Positions 45,001 to 58,766 of a stretch of DNA of 64,000 nt are shown one piece after another (positions within the stretch are counted from its first letter, which is position 1; each line of letters begins with the position of its first letter). Source of the DNA: Amphiscolops sp. MND2022 (Eukaryota); NCBI GenBank assembly GCA_964187785.1, contig OZ076409.1, positions 2,480,001 through 2,544,000 of the forward strand. The letters run 5' to 3'. The notes beneath the pieces were generated by a model. It had not been told where the DNA came from and made no database searches. It saw nothing but the letters and a program-made list of their open reading frames with translations. Position numbers and translations under genes: made by a program.

Positions 45001-47285
45001 AATCTTGTCCAAGAGTTTCTAAATGCATCTACCAGTGCCTCTCCGCTTTCTGAATCCTTCTTGGCTGTCATCGATCAGCCCTTTCGCCTCGAAGTCATTT
45101 CTCAATCGTCTCTCTATTATGCGTTCAAACAGATTTCCTACGTAGGAAATGAGTGTAATTGGTCTGTAACTGTTTGCGATATTATAGTCTTTTTTGTGAG
45201 GTTTTCGGAGGAAAATGACTTTTTTACCTAAATTCCAAATGCAGGTGCCTGCATGTAAGCAGAGGTTAAAAAGCTTGAGGCTGGCAATTTTGATGAAAGT
45301 TCCGGTGTGACGAAGCATGAGTGGATGCCATCTGGGTCGGAGGACTTCCTGCTTGTTTGAGATTCCTTCAGAGCGTTGTCAAGCTCTTCTTCTCTTATCT
45401 GTATGCTCGGTGGTTGCAAATAGTCCGGATGGAGATTTGCCGTGAGTTTGTCTTCGACATTTCTCAGCCAAGATTCGTCAAATATATTTCCGTGAAGACG
45501 GTGTTACTATGGGTCTTTGCTTCTGTTCGACCTCGCTTAGCAAGATGGGAACATAAGCGGCCCCGAGAGCTGCAACGCACTAGAGGAAATGGGGGCATAT
45601 CCGACGGCCAAAACCATTGTTATTTGAAAACGCTATGTATTCGGTAAATTGTCCCTACAAAATTCGGTAAATTCGAAGGGACAATTTGCCAAAAAAATTC
45701 GGCAAATTGTTCTTCACGTTCAGCAATTTTTATTTCGGCAAATTGGCCATTCGAATTTGCCGAATTTTATGGGGACTGGCATTTCGGAGTTGAAGTGAAA
45801 GCATTTTCAACTCTTCATTAAAGAATGGCTTGGAGTGTGAAGTGATTTGCTTGAGAGGTATAGTAAGATTGGCTGCTTCGCAGATACATTGCAGCAGGAT
45901 GCCCCATAAACATGTAGCATCAAAGCATTCGTCAATTTCAGGCCATCGCGATTGAACGCAATTTTCTAGGGTTTCCTTCCATTTTTCCCTGTCGGTTTTC
46001 TTGAGGTCTTTTACATGAGTGGATCTGCTGTTTCCTGCGATATCGAATGTGGCAATACCTGGGTAATGGCCTCTGCTTTGGGCGCCAGTGTACATTTCAG
46101 TGTAATAGTCTATTGCGAGGCCGCAAGAAAATCTGTGTAGATTGGCGTTGCCTAAAACTAAGTCGATTACACTTTTTCCATTTGTGCATGTGAATGTGGG
46201 CTCCCCATCATTAAGAGCTATGAGTTCTTTTTGTTGTAGGAAGTCGTTCAAAATTTCCCCTTGAGCATTGCTTTTGTCGCCCCAGCTAGCGTGCCCTGCA
46301 TTGAAGTCGCCAAGGAGAAGAAAATTGGACACGCCCAAATCTTTTCCTTTTTTATTGCTAATCTAATTTCATAGAGAACTCTTTTCATTTCTTCTATACT
46401 ATTTGGACGGCAGTAAACTCCCCCTACTAGATTGCTTTTCCTCGAGACGTTACAAATTGCCCAAGTAGAGTGCTGGATTTCGATTTCAAGTTTAAAAACG
46501 CTCGGCTTGATGCTGACATCGAGAGCTAAAAGAACTCCTCCTGATTGACCAGGGTTTGAAGAGGAATTGTTTGGTTGGTTAAATATCCAGGAAAGTCGGG
46601 AACTTCTGTATTTTGTTTCTTCGTCTCCGTGACGCAGTAGATCTGCACGCTGTTTGTTACCATATATTGGTGGACGATTTCATAGGAACGCTTTGAAAGT
46701 CCATTTATGTTGACCGTCTTCGCTTTTAAGGATTTGTGCTGTGTTGAGAGTGTTTGGTGGTCCGTCGTTTTGATCGGTTATGTTTGAGTTTGGCCCACCA
46801 GCTTGGAATCGGGTATTGTTTTCGAGAGCATAATTCTTCTAAGTTCTCTTGCTTGACTGGGCAGTACCTGGAAACTGCAGCGTGACTTCCGTTACAATTT
46901 TTACACTTTTCGTTCTCCCTGTTGGTACAGATCTTGTGATTATGGCCTTCTTGCGAACAAAAGCTACAGTATTCGTGCTTCGATTTGCAGCAAGCTGAAA
47001 TATGCCCAAATTTGAGGCATTTGAAACATTGTACAACCTTGTGTGGGCGGTATTCAATCTCTGGTTGAATCCAGAGATTACCAATGCACACCCCAGACTT
47101 GAGCACACCTTCCACTTGTTCTTCATTTTCGAGTGTTATTTTCAGCAGTTTCAATGGGGTATTGTCTTGTCTTTTGACGCGGGTTACGATACTTCCTGGG
47201 ACTTGTTTTGAAATTTCCTCCTGTATATCTTTTTCATCAACACCCGTGTCTTTTACGTGATCTGGTAATGGTACACCTTTGAGGA

Positions 47286-47425
47286 TGAGGTTGAGTGGCT
47301 TCTTGGCTTTTGTTTCTCTATGAGGTTGAGTGGCCTCTTGGCTTTCGTTTCTCTATGAGGTTGAGTGGCCTCTTGGCTTTCGTTTCTCTGTGAGGTTGAG
47401 TGGCCTCTTGGCTTTCGTTTCTCTC
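47286..47425. repeat. 35-bp tandem repeat x4 at the LINE 5' junction (also ~52329, ~57371, ~60821)
   Basis: TGAGGTTGAGTGGCCTCTTGGCTTTCGTTTCTCTA units, derived from LINE ORF1 sequence. Confidence 0.92.
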
Positions 47426-47480
47426 ACCGTCGCAAAGACCAGCTCCCACTACGATCGCTTCGCTATCTCCGTTCCCGCTA

Positions 47481-47884
47481 GGTCTTTGCTTCTGTTCGAC
47501 CTCGCTTAGCAAGATGGGAACATAAGCGGGCCCGAGAGCTGCAACGCACTAGAGGAAATGGGGGCATATCCGACGGCCAAAAACATTGTTGTTTGAAAAC
47601 GCTATCTATTCGGCAAATTGTCCCCACAAAATTCGGCAAATTCGAAGGGCCAATTTGCCGAAATAAAATTTGCTGAACGTGAAGAACAATTTGCCGAATT
47701 TTTTTGGCAAATTTTCCCTTCGAATTTACCGAATTTTGTAGGGACAATTTACCGAATACATAGCGTTTTCAAATAACAATGGTTTTGGCCGTCGGATATG
47801 CCCCCATTTCCTCTAGTGCGTTGCAGCTCTGGGGGCCGCTTATGTTTTCATCTTGCTAAGCGAGGTCGAACAGAAGCAAAGACC
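47481..47884. repeat. 404-bp palindrome/foldback MITE; copies at 52524-52927, 57566-57969, 61016-61419, 63287-63690
   Basis: GGTCTTTGCTTCTGTTCGACC... ~180-bp arms mirrored by ...GGTCGAACAGAAGCAAAGACC, with a ~40-bp spacer. Confidence 0.93.
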
Positions 47885-48104
47885 CATAGTAACACCGTCT
47901 GGGCGAGGGAACCATAATACGGTCGAATTCCTATCAGTGAATTCGAAGCTTCGTGCAAGCGTCGAAGTCCCATTGTCGGAAGACTTTTGTCGAAGTAATT
48001 GCGTCGATGCCATTGCAAATGTAAAATGATCAAACAATGTTTTGGCCGTCGGATATGCCCCCATTCCAAAAATTCGATCCAAATCTACCCCACCCCTTGA
48101 AGGG

Positions 48105-48686
48105 AAGTCGAGAGATTCCAACGCCTGCTTTATGAGAGAATTGAGAGTAGCATGACGTGAGAAGCGACAAGCACTCTTGGCGTAAGAAGGACCAGGTAAA
48201 CCGTCCCGTACAACTCTTTTACCACAACAGCACGTATGCGCAACACAGATATTGGTTACGAGACTTAAACCAATCGAAATCCGAAGCTGCTTATCATCAA
48301 GTTTCAGCCTAAGTTCTTGCAAGGAACGACGTTCAGCCAATGAAATCCGAATTTGCCTTGAAGAGCGTTAAAAACGAACGTTTGTCATCCATGTCTAGTT
48401 TTGACGTAGACAGGTTGTGTCCAATTTTTCTGGGTTCCATCGAGAGGACTTTCCCGTTCATTTGTCAAACTAAATTATTTCTCAAGCGCTTTTGTAAACG
48501 AAACATCTTCGAATGTTTCCGAGAAAATTGTCGTGAGAAAGTCACATGCACCAAAAGCTGAGGCCGAAAAGGCAGGAAGTGCTAAAAATGATGCGAATGA
48601 AACCACAAGACCACCCATTTCAGCGGGCAGAGCCAGATGTGTACTCGAATTATCGTCGAAGTTCACGTTACACACTTTGGACAGCA
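48105..48686 (-). mobile_element. Decayed CRE-like (restriction-like endonuclease) non-LTR fragment, repeated in each array unit
   Basis: LALPAEMGGL..LALPAFSAS; LRISIGL..C..HTCCCG...RHATLNSLIKQAL; an RPDGVT piece at ~47890. Confidence 0.75.
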
Positions 48687-49223
48687 ATATTTATTCTCGT
48701 CTACGGAATTGAGTAGATGAAGTAAAATTCTCTGATGATTTGCAACAGCATTACTTTCACCTTTGCCAGGCATCTCTGAAAACGAAATTTGACAGTTAGA
48801 TCACCATTAATATTAGCCTTTTGGCCGAAGCAAGGGATATTCTCCCAACTTTTTTCTCATTTATTTTTCTTTCAAAATCAGATATCCTGGATCTTCCTCA
48901 TGTATATCATCACGTTGGGGGGAGAAGACACACACCCGCGGTCTGGAACGAAAGTAGGGAACCCGATACCAGCCACTGTTACAGTAACAAAAAAAAACAA
49001 CCAACAAACTACTCATACCTGGCCACTATCTCAGTCGACCGGTAGAAACATTTATAAAAAAGCTGCAATGATATAGAGGTTTAAAAAATTTATTATATGT
49101 AATAAATTTCTTCGAACGCATCTCTGTCGCTCACAGTTCCCAGAACACAGGCCGCATTGCCGCTCTGAAGAGCCATTGAAACCTGTTGCTTCAAAAAGCT
49201 GCCGGGTCGTAAATCGTCGTGCG
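48681..49223 (-). pseudogene. Duplicated SMAP 5' fragment (ATG exon start, UTR intron, upstream DNA), copy 1
   Basis: Near-identical to 20106-20651; ATG copy at 48773. Confidence 0.93.
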
Positions 49224-52200
49224 TCCATTTTGGTGAGCTCGTGTTTGTATTTGGTATTTGAAGATTTCGATAATATCTTGTACCATAAGCTGCTTGTTCT
49301 GAATGCAGTGGGATTGGCCCAAATATGACTCAGGTAGGTCCACACGGGGATCACCACGCAATTCATAAGTTTCAAAATGGTGGAAGGCGTGATGAATTGA
49401 TTCTGTGCAAGAGGTTCCAAAACTCCCATGGCATTTTCTGCTTTTCTTGAACATTTCTCGAATTGTGCTCGAGGATTCAATTTGTTATCGATTGTGATAC
49501 CGAGCGCTGTTGACTCTGTCGCGAACTTTAATGTGTTTCCTTGCAACACTATATTCTTTGTAGGTTCTCGGATTTCTTCACGGATACTTGAAAAGATGAC
49601 ATTTCTGTTTTCGGCCCCGAGATTTTAAGACGCCACTTTCCAACCCATTTTGTAATTTCTTCGCAATCTTTTTGAAGATGCGACAGAGCTTCTTCTATCG
49701 AGTCACCTGCTGAAACATGTGTGGCGTCGTCAGCGTACTTTTCAGTTTTACCTTTGCATTCTTGGAACATTTCTGCAAGGTAAAAGATAAATAAGATTGG
49801 GGAGAGAATGCTTCCTTGAGGGAGGCCAACTTCTAGCTTGAAGCTTTCTGATCGGTTCTCGCCTATTTCGATGTAAACGTTTCTGTTTCGGAGATAATTG
49901 TCATGGATGTTCAAAATGTAGCTGTTTATTCCTGCTTCACGCAGTTTGTACATGAGACCGTCAATCCAAATCGAGTCGAATGCTTTCTCGAGGTCGATGA
50001 AAAGGGCAGCCGCAACTTTTCCTTGCTCAATAATATTTTGAATCTTGTCTAAGAGTTTCTAAATGCATCTACCAGTGCCTCTGCGCTTTCTGAATCCTTC
50101 TTGGCTGTCATCGACCAGCCCTTTCGCCTCCAAGTCATTTCTCAATCGTTACTCTATTATGCGTTCAAGCAGATTTCCTACGTAGGAAGTGAGTGTAATT
50201 GGTCTGTAACTGTTTGCGATATTTTAGTCTTCTTTGTGATGTTTTCGGAGGAAAATGACTTTACCTAAATTCCAAATGTAGGTGCCTGCATGTAAGCAGA
50301 GGTTAAAAAGCTTGAGGCAGGAAATTTTGAAGAAAGTTCCGGTGTGACGAAGCATGAGTGGATGCCATCTGGGTCGGAGGACTTCCTGCTTGTTTGAGAT
50401 TCCTTCAGAGCGTTGTCAAGCTCTTCTTCTCTTATCTGTATGCTCGGTGGTTGCAAATAATCCGGATGGAGATTTGACGTGAGTTTGTCTTCGACATTTC
50501 TCAGCCAAGATTCGTCAAATATATTTCCGTGAAGGTGACTGTCGGAGAAAAACGTAGAGCGAAGATGTTCAAACTTATCAGCGTCACTATCTAAAACTTT
50601 GCCATTTGAAATAAGACATCCCATTGGTATTGTTTCTCTGGTACGAGTAAACAAAGTTTTGGCTTTCCAGAAATCTGAGCCCTTGCTGGCGTTTAGGGTT
50701 TCTGCACAAGTTTTATAATGCTCAGCTTTGGACTTCATCAAGGTAGTCTGAAATTGTCGTTTGGGGGTTTCATAATTGAAGGTGTTTATGGGGTCCGATC
50801 TGAGTTTCATTTTTTTCCTGGCTTTTCGGAGTTGAAGTGAAAGCATTTTCAACTCTTCATTAAAGTATGGCTTTGAGTGTGAAGTGATTTGCTTGAGAGG
50901 TATAGTAAGATTGGCTGCTTCGCAGATACATTGCAGCAGGATGCCCCATAAACATGTAGCATCAAAGCATTCGTCAATTTCAGGCCATCGCGATTTAACG
51001 CAATTTTCTAAGGTTTCCCTCCATTTTTCCCCGGCGGTTTTCTTGAAGTCTTTTACATGAGTGGATCTGCTGTTTCCTGCGATATCGAATTTGGCAATAA
51101 CTGGGTAATGGCCTCTGTTTGGGGCGCCAGTGTACATTTCACTGTAATGGTCTATTGCGAGGCCGCAAGAAAATCTGTGTAGAATGACGTTGCATAAAAC
51201 TAAGTCGATTACACTTTTTCCATTTGTGCATGTGAATGTGGGCTCCCCATCATTAGGAGCTATGAGTTCTTCTTGTTGTAGGAAGTCGTTCAAAATTTCC
51301 CCTTGAGCATTGCTTTTGTGGCCCCAGCTAGGGTGCCTTGCATTGAAGTCGCCAAGGAGAAGAAAATTGGACACTCCCAAATCTTTTCCTTTTTTTATTG
51401 CTGATCTAATTTCATAGAGAACTCTTTTCATTTCTTCTATACTATTTGGACGGCAGTAAACTCCCCCTACTAGAATGCTTTTCCTCGAGACGTTACAAAT
51501 TGCCCAAGTAGAGTGCTGGATTACGATTTCAAGTTTAAAAAGTCTCGGCTTGATGCTGACATCGAGAGCTAAAAGAACTCCTCCTTATTGACCAAGGTTT
51601 GAAGAGGAGTTGTTTGGTTGGTTAAATATCCAGGAAAGTCGGGAACTTCTGTATTTTGTTTCTTCGTCTCCGTGACGCAGTAGATCTGCACGCTGTTTGT
51701 TACCATATATTGGTGGACGATTTCATAGGAACGCTTTGAAAGTCCATTTATGTTGACCGTCTTCGCTTTTAAGGATTTGTGCTGTGTTGAGAGTGTTTGG
51801 TGGTGCGTCGTTTTGATCGGTTATGTTTGAGTTTGGCCCACCAGCTTGGAATCGGGTATTGTTTTCGAGAGCATAATTCTTCTAAGTTCTCTTGCTTGAC
51901 TGGGCAGTACCTGGAAACTGCAGCGTGACTTCCGTTACAATTTTTACACTTTTCGTTCTCCCTGTTGGTACAGATCTTGTGATTATGGCCTTCTTGCGAA
52001 CAAAAGCTACAGTATTCGTGCTTCGATTTGCAGCAAGCTGAAATATGCCCAAATTTGAGGCATTTGAAACATTGTACAACCTTGTGTGGGCGGTATTCAA
52101 TCTCTGGTTGAATCCAGAGATTACCAATGCACACCCCAGACTTGAGCACACCTTCCACTTGTTCTTCATTTTCGAGTGTTATTTTCAGCAGTTTCAATGG

Positions 52201-52465
52201 GGTATTGTCTTGTCTTTTGACGCGGGTTACGATACTTCCTGGGACTTGTTTTGAAATTTCCTCCTGTATATCTTTTTCATCAACACCCGTGTCTTTTACG
52301 TGATCTGGTAATGGTACACCTTTGAGGATGAGGTTGAGTGGCTTCTTGGCTTTTGTTTCTCTATGAGGTTGAGTGGCCTCTTGGCTTTCGTTTCTCTATG
52401 AGGTTGAGTGGCCTCTTGGCTTTCGTTTCTCTGTGAGGTTGAGTGGCCTCTTGGCTTTCGTTTCT
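49224..52465 (-). mobile_element. LINE copy in array unit (ORF1 fragment, APE, RT; 3' end deleted)
   Basis: Near-identical to 44183-47422. Confidence 0.92.
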
Positions 52466-53723
52466 CTCACCGTCGCAAAGACCAGCTCCCACTACGATCG
52501 CTTCGCTATCTCCGTTCCCGCTAGGTCTTTGCTTCTGTTCGACCTCGCTTAGCAAGATGGGAACATAAGCGGGCCCGAGAGCTGCAACGCACTAGAGGAA
52601 ATGGGGGCATATCCGACGGCCAAAAACATTGTTGTTTGAAAACGCTATCTATTCGGCAAATTGTCCCCACAAAATTCGGCAAATTCGAAGGGCCAATTTG
52701 CCGAAATAAAATTTGCTGAACATGAAGAACAATTTGCCGAATTTTTTTGGCAAATTTTCCCTTCGAATTTACCGAATTTTGTAGGGACAATTTACCGAAT
52801 ACATAGCGTTTTCAAATAACAATGGTTTTGGCCGTCGGATATGCCCCCATTTCCTCTAGTGCGTTGCAGCTCTGGGGGCCGCTTATGTTTTCATCTTGCT
52901 AAGCGAGGTCGAACAGAAGCAAAGACCCATAGTAACACCGTCTGGGCGAGGGAACCATAATACGGTCGAATTCCTATCAGTGAATTCGAAGCTTCGTGCA
53001 AGCGTCGAAGTCCCATTGTCGGAAGACTTTTGTCGAAGTAATTGCGTCGATGCCATTGCAAATGTAAAATGATCAAACAATGTTTTGGCCGTCGGATATG
53101 CCCCCATTCCAAAAATTCGATCCAAATCTACACCACCCCTTGAAGGGAAGTCGAGAGATTCCAACGCCTGCTTTATGAGAGAATTGAGAGTAGCATGACG
53201 TGAGAAGCGACAAGCACTCTTGGCGTAAGAAGGACCAGGTAAACCGTCCCGTACAACTCTTTTACCACAACAGCACGTATGCGCAACACAGATATTGGTT
53301 ACGAGACTTAAACCAATCGAAATCCGAAGCTGCTTATCATCAAGTTTCAGCCTAAGTTCTTGCAAGGAACGACGTTCAGCCAATGAAATCCGAATTTGCC
53401 TTGAAGAGCGTTAAAAACGAACGTTTGTCATCCATGTCTAGTTTTGACGTAGACAGGTTGTGTCCAATTTTTCTGGGTTCCATCGAGAGGACTTTCCCGT
53501 TCATTTGTCAAACTAAATTATTTCTCAAGCGCTTTTGTAAACGAAACATCTTCGAATGTTTCCGAGAAAATTGTCGTGAGAAAGTCACATGCACCAAAAG
53601 CTGAGGCCGAAAAGGCAGGAAGTGCTAAAAATGATGCGAATGAAACCACAAGACCACCCATTTCAGCGGGCAGAGCCAGATGTGTACTCGAATTATCGTC
53701 GAAGTTCACGTTACACACTTTGG

Positions 53724-54265
53724 ACAGCAATATTTATTCTCGTCTACGGAATTGAGTAGATGAAGTAAAATTCTCTGATGATTTGCAACAGCATTACTTT
53801 CACCTTTGCCAGGCATCTCTGAAAACGAAATTTGACAGTTAGATCACCATTAATATTAGCCTTTTGGCCGAAGCAAGGGATATTCTCCCAACTTTTTTCT
53901 CATTTAGTTTTCTTTCAAAATCAGATATCCTGGATCTTCCTCATGTATATCATCACGTTGGGGGGAGAAGACACACACACGCGGTCTGGAACGAAAGTAG
54001 GGAACCCGATACCAGCCACTGTTACAGTAACAAAAAAAACAACCAACAAACTACTCATACCTGGCCACTATCTCAGTCGACCGGTAGAAACATTTATAAA
54101 AAAGCTGCAATGATATAGAGGTTTAAAAAATTTATTATATGTAATAAATTTCTTCGAACGCATCTCTGTCGCTCACAGTTCCCAGAACACAGGCCGCATT
54201 GCCGCTCTGAAGAGCCATTGAAACCTGTTGCTTCAAAAAGCTGCCGGGTCGTAAATCGTCGTGCG
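53724..54265 (-). pseudogene. Duplicated SMAP 5' fragment, copy 2
   Basis: Offset 5043 from copy 1; ATG copy at 53816. Confidence 0.93.
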
Positions 54266-57200
54266 TCCATTTTGGTGAGCTCGTGTTTGTATTTGGTATT
54301 TGAAGATTTCGATAATATCTTGTACCATAAGCTGCTTGTTCTGAATGCAGTGGGATTGGCCCAAATATGACTCAGGTAGGTCCACACGGGGATCACCACG
54401 CAATTCATAAGTTTCAAAATGGTGGAAGGCGTGATGAATTGATTCTGTACAAGAGGTTCCAAAACTCCCATGGCATTTTCTGCTTTTCTTGAACATTTCT
54501 CGAATTGTGCTCGAGGATTCAATTTGTTATCGATTGTGATACCGAGCGCTGTTGACTCTGTCGCGAACTTTAATGTGTTTCCTTGCAACACTATATTCTT
54601 TGTAGGTTCTCGGATTTCTTCACGGATACTTGAAAAGATGACATTTCTGTTTTCGGCCCCGAGATTTTAAGACGCCACTTTCCAACCCATTTTGTAATTT
54701 CTTCGCAATCTTTTTGAAGATGCGACAGAGCTTCTTCTATCGAGTCACCTGCTGAAACATGTGTGGCGTCGTCAGCGTACTTTTCAGTTTTACCTTTGCA
54801 TTCTTGGAACATTTCTGCAAGGTAAAAGATAAATAAGATTGGGGAGAGAATGCTTCCTTGAGGGAGGCCAACTTCTAGCTTGAAGCTTTCTGATCGGTTC
54901 TCGCCTATTTCGATGTAAACGTTTCTGTTTCGGAGATAATTGTCATGGATGTTCAAAATGTAGCTGTTTATTCCTGCTTCACGCAGTTTGTACATGAGAC
55001 CGTCAATCCAAATCGAGTCGAATGCTTTCTCGAGGTCGATGAAAAGGGCAGCCGCAACTTTTCCTTGCTCAATAATATTTTGAATCTTGTCTAAGAGTTT
55101 CTAAATGCATCTACCAGTGCCTCTGCGCTTTCTGAATCCTTCTTGGCTGTCATCGACCAGCCCTTTCGCCTCCAAGTCATTTCTCAATCGTTACTCTATT
55201 ATGCGTTCAAGCAGATTTCCTACGTAGGAAGTGAGTGTAATTGGTCTGTAACTGTTTGCGATATTTTAGTCTTCTTTGTGATGTTTTCGGAGGAAAATGA
55301 CTTTACCTAAATTCCAAATGTAGGTGCCTGCATGTAAGCAGAGGTTAAAAAGCTTGAGGCAGGAAATTTTGAAGAAAGTTCCGGTGTGACGAAGCATGAG
55401 TGGATGCCATCTGGGTCGGAGGACTTCCTGCTTGTTTGAGATTCCTTCAGAGCGTTGTCAAGCTCTTCTTCTCTTATCTGTATGCTCGGTGGTTGCAAAT
55501 AATCCGGATGGAGATTTGACGTGAGTTTGTCTTCGACATTTCTCAGCCAAAATTCGTCAAATATATTTCCGTGAAGGTGACTGTCGGAGAAAAACGTAGA
55601 GCGAAGTTGTTCAAACTTATCAGCGTCACTATCTAGAACTTTGCCATTTGAAATAAGACATCCCATTGGTATTGTTTCTCTGGTACGAGTAAACAAATTT
55701 TTGGCTTTCCAGAAATCTGAGCCCTTGCTGGCGTTTAGGGTTTCTGCACAGCTTTTATAATGCTCAGCTTTGGACTTCATCAAGGTAGTCTGAAATTGCC
55801 GTTTGGGGGTTTCATAATTGAAGGTGTTTATGGGGTCCGATCTGAGTTTCATTTTTTTCCTGGCTTTTCGGAGTTGAAGTGAAAGCATTTTCAACTCTTC
55901 ATTAAAGTATGGCTTTGAGTGTGAAGTGATTTGCTTGAGAGGTATAGTAAGATTGGCTGCTTCGCAGATACATTGCAGCAGGATGCCCCATAAACATGTA
56001 GCATCAAAGCATTCGTCAATTTCAGGCCATCGCGATTTAACGCAATTTTCTAAGGTTTCCCTCCATTTTTCCCCGGCGGTTTTCTTGAAGTCTTTTACAT
56101 GAGTGGATCTGCTGTTTCCTGCGATATCGAATTTGGCAATAACTGGGTAATGGCCTCTGTTTGGGGCGCCAGTGTACATTTCACTGTAATGGTCTATTGC
56201 GAGGCCGCAAGAAAATCTGTGTAGAATGACGTTGCATAAAACTAAGTCGATTACACTTTTTCCATTTGTGCATGTGAATGTGGGCTCCCCATCATTAGGA
56301 GCTATGAGTTCTTCTTGTTGTAGGAAGTCGTTCAAAATTTCCCCTTGAGCATTGCTTTTGTGGCCCCAGCTAGGGTGCCTTGCATTGAAGTCGCCAAGGA
56401 GAAGAAAATTGGACACTCCCAAATCTTTTCCTTTTTTTATTGCTGATCTAATTTCATAGAGAACTCTTTTCATTTCTTCTATACTATTTGGACGGCAGTA
56501 AACTCCCCCTACTAGAATGCTTTTCCTCGAGACGTTACAAATTGCCCAAGTAGAGTGCTGGATTACGATTTCAAGTTTAAAAAGGCTCGGCTTGATGCTG
56601 ACATCGAGAGCTAAAAGAACTCCTCCTTATTGACCAGGGTTTGAAGAGGAGTTGTTTGGTTGGTTAAATATCCAGGAAAGTCGGGAACTTCTGTATTTTG
56701 TTTCTTCGTCTCCGTGACGCAGTAGATCTGCACGCTGTTTGTTACCATATATTGGTGGACGATTTCATAGGAACGCTTTGAAAGTCCATTTATGTTGACC
56801 GTCTTCGCTTTTAAGGATTTGTGCTGTGTTGAGAGTGTTTGGTGGTCCGTCGTTTTGATCGGTTATGTTTGAGTTTGGCCCACCAGCTTGGAATCGGGTA
56901 TTGTTTTCGAGAGCATAATTCTTCTAAGTTCTCTTGCTTGACTGGGCAGTACCTGGAAACTGCAGCGTGACTTCCGTTACAATTTTTACACTTTTCGTTC
57001 TCCCTGTTGGTACAGTTCTTGTGATTATGGCCTTCTTGCGAACAAAAGCTACAGTATTCGTGCTTCGATTTGCAGCAAGCTGAAATATGCCCAAATTTGA
57101 GGCATTTGAAACATTGTACAACCTTGTGTGGGCGGTATTCAATCTCTGGTTGAATCCAGAGATTACCAATGCACACCCCAGACTTGAGCACACCTTCCAC

Positions 57201-57507
57201 TTGTTCTTCATTTTCGAGTGTTATTTTCAGCAGTTTCAATGGGGTATTGTCTTGTCTTTTGACACGGGTTACGATACTTCCTGGGACTTTATTTGAAATT
57301 TCCTCCTGTATATCTTTTTCATCAACACCCGTGTCTTTTACGTGATCTGGTAATGGTACACCTTTGAGGATGAGGTTGAGTGGCTTCTTGGCTTTTGTTT
57401 CTCTATGAGGTTGAGTGGCCTCTTGGCTTTCGTTTCTCTATGAGGTTGAGTGGCCTCTTGGCTTTCGTTTCTCTGTGAGGTTGAGTGGCCTCTTGGCGTT
57501 CGTTTCT
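54266..57507 (-). mobile_element. LINE copy in array unit
   Basis: Offset ~5042 from 49224-52465; matching ORFs in the track. Confidence 0.92.
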
Positions 57508-58766
57508 CTCACCGTCGCAAAGACCAGCTCCCACTACGATCGCTTCGCTATCTCCGTTCCCGCTAGGTCTTTGCTTCTGTTCGACCTCGCTTAGCAAGAT
57601 GGGAACATAAGCGGGCCCGAGAGCTGCAACGCACTAAAGGAAATGGGGGCATATCCGACGGCCAAAAACATTGTTGTTTGAAAACGCTATCTATTCGGCA
57701 AATTGTCCCGACAAAATTCGGCAAATTCGAAGGGCCAATTTGCCAAAATAAAATTTGCTGAACGTGAAGAACAATTTGCCGAATTTTTTTGGCAAATTGT
57801 CCCTTCGAATTTGCCGATTTTTGAAGGGACAATTTACCGAATACATAGCGTTTTCAAATAACAATGGTTTTGACCGTCGGATATGCCCCCATTTCCTCTA
57901 GTGCGTTGCAGCTCTCGGGGCCGCTTATGTTCCCATCTTGCTAAGCGAGGTCGAACAGAAGCAAAGACCCATAGTAACACCGTCTGGGCGAGGAAACCAT
58001 AATACGGTCGAATTCCTATCAGTGAATTTGAAGCTTCGTGCAAGCGTCGAAGTCCCATTGTCGCAAGACTTTTGTCGAAGTAATTGCGTCGATGCCATTG
58101 CAAATGTAAAATGATCAAACAATGTTTTGGCCGTCGGATATGCCCCCATTCCAAAAATTCGATCCAAATCTACCCCACCCCTTGAAGGGAAGTTGAGAGA
58201 TTCCAACGCCTGCTTTATGAGAGAATTGAGAGTAGCATGACGTGAGAAGCGACAAGCACTCTTGGCGTAAGAAGGACCAGGTAAACCGTCCCGTACAACT
58301 CTTTTACCACAGCGGCACGTATGCGCAACACAGATATTGGTTACGAGACGTAAACCAATCGAAATCCGAAGCTGCTTATCATCAAGTTTCAGGCCTAAGT
58401 TCTTGCAAGGAACGACGTTCAGCCAATGAAATCCGACTTTGCCTTGAAGAGCGTTAAAAACGAACGTTTGTCATCCATGTCTAGTTTTGACGTAGACAGG
58501 TTGTGTCCAATTTTTCTGGGTTCCATCGAGAGGACTTTCCCGTTCATTTGTCAAACTAATTTATTTCTCAAGCGCTTTTGTAAACGAAACATCTTCGAAT
58601 GTTTCCGAGAAAATTGTCGTGAGAAAGTCACATGCACCAAAAACTGAGGCCGAAAAGGCAGGAAGTGCTAAAAATGATGCGAATGAAACCACAAGACCAC
58701 CCATTTCAGCGGGCAGAGCCAGATGTGTACTCGAATTATCGTCGAAGTTCACGTTACACACTTTGG

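Larger units (their letters stand above)
21124..47422 (-). mobile_element. 5'-truncated APE-type LINE (I/Jockey group), split by two LTR elements; pieces 21124-21485, 27540-27626, 43931-47422
   Basis: ORF1 triple zinc knuckle (CFKCLKFGH..C, 46726-47154), APE (LLGDFN, IDLVL), RT (SYRPITL, DLEKAFD, GLPQGSILSP, YADD), C-terminal CICNHEETSAH..C motif at ~21365-21420, (TA)n tail; 12-bp TSD CTCACCGTCGCA at 21112-21123 and 47423-47434. Confidence 0.9.

Noticed and set aside
47286..47425. CRISPR-like 35-bp repeats
   Set aside because: Units are head-to-tail with no unique spacers, derive from LINE ORF1, and the context is eukaryotic with no cas genes
49052..49549. 165-aa fusion ORF (also 54094-54591)
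   Set aside because: Chance read-through of a frameshifted RT fragment across a deletion junction into SMAP upstream DNA
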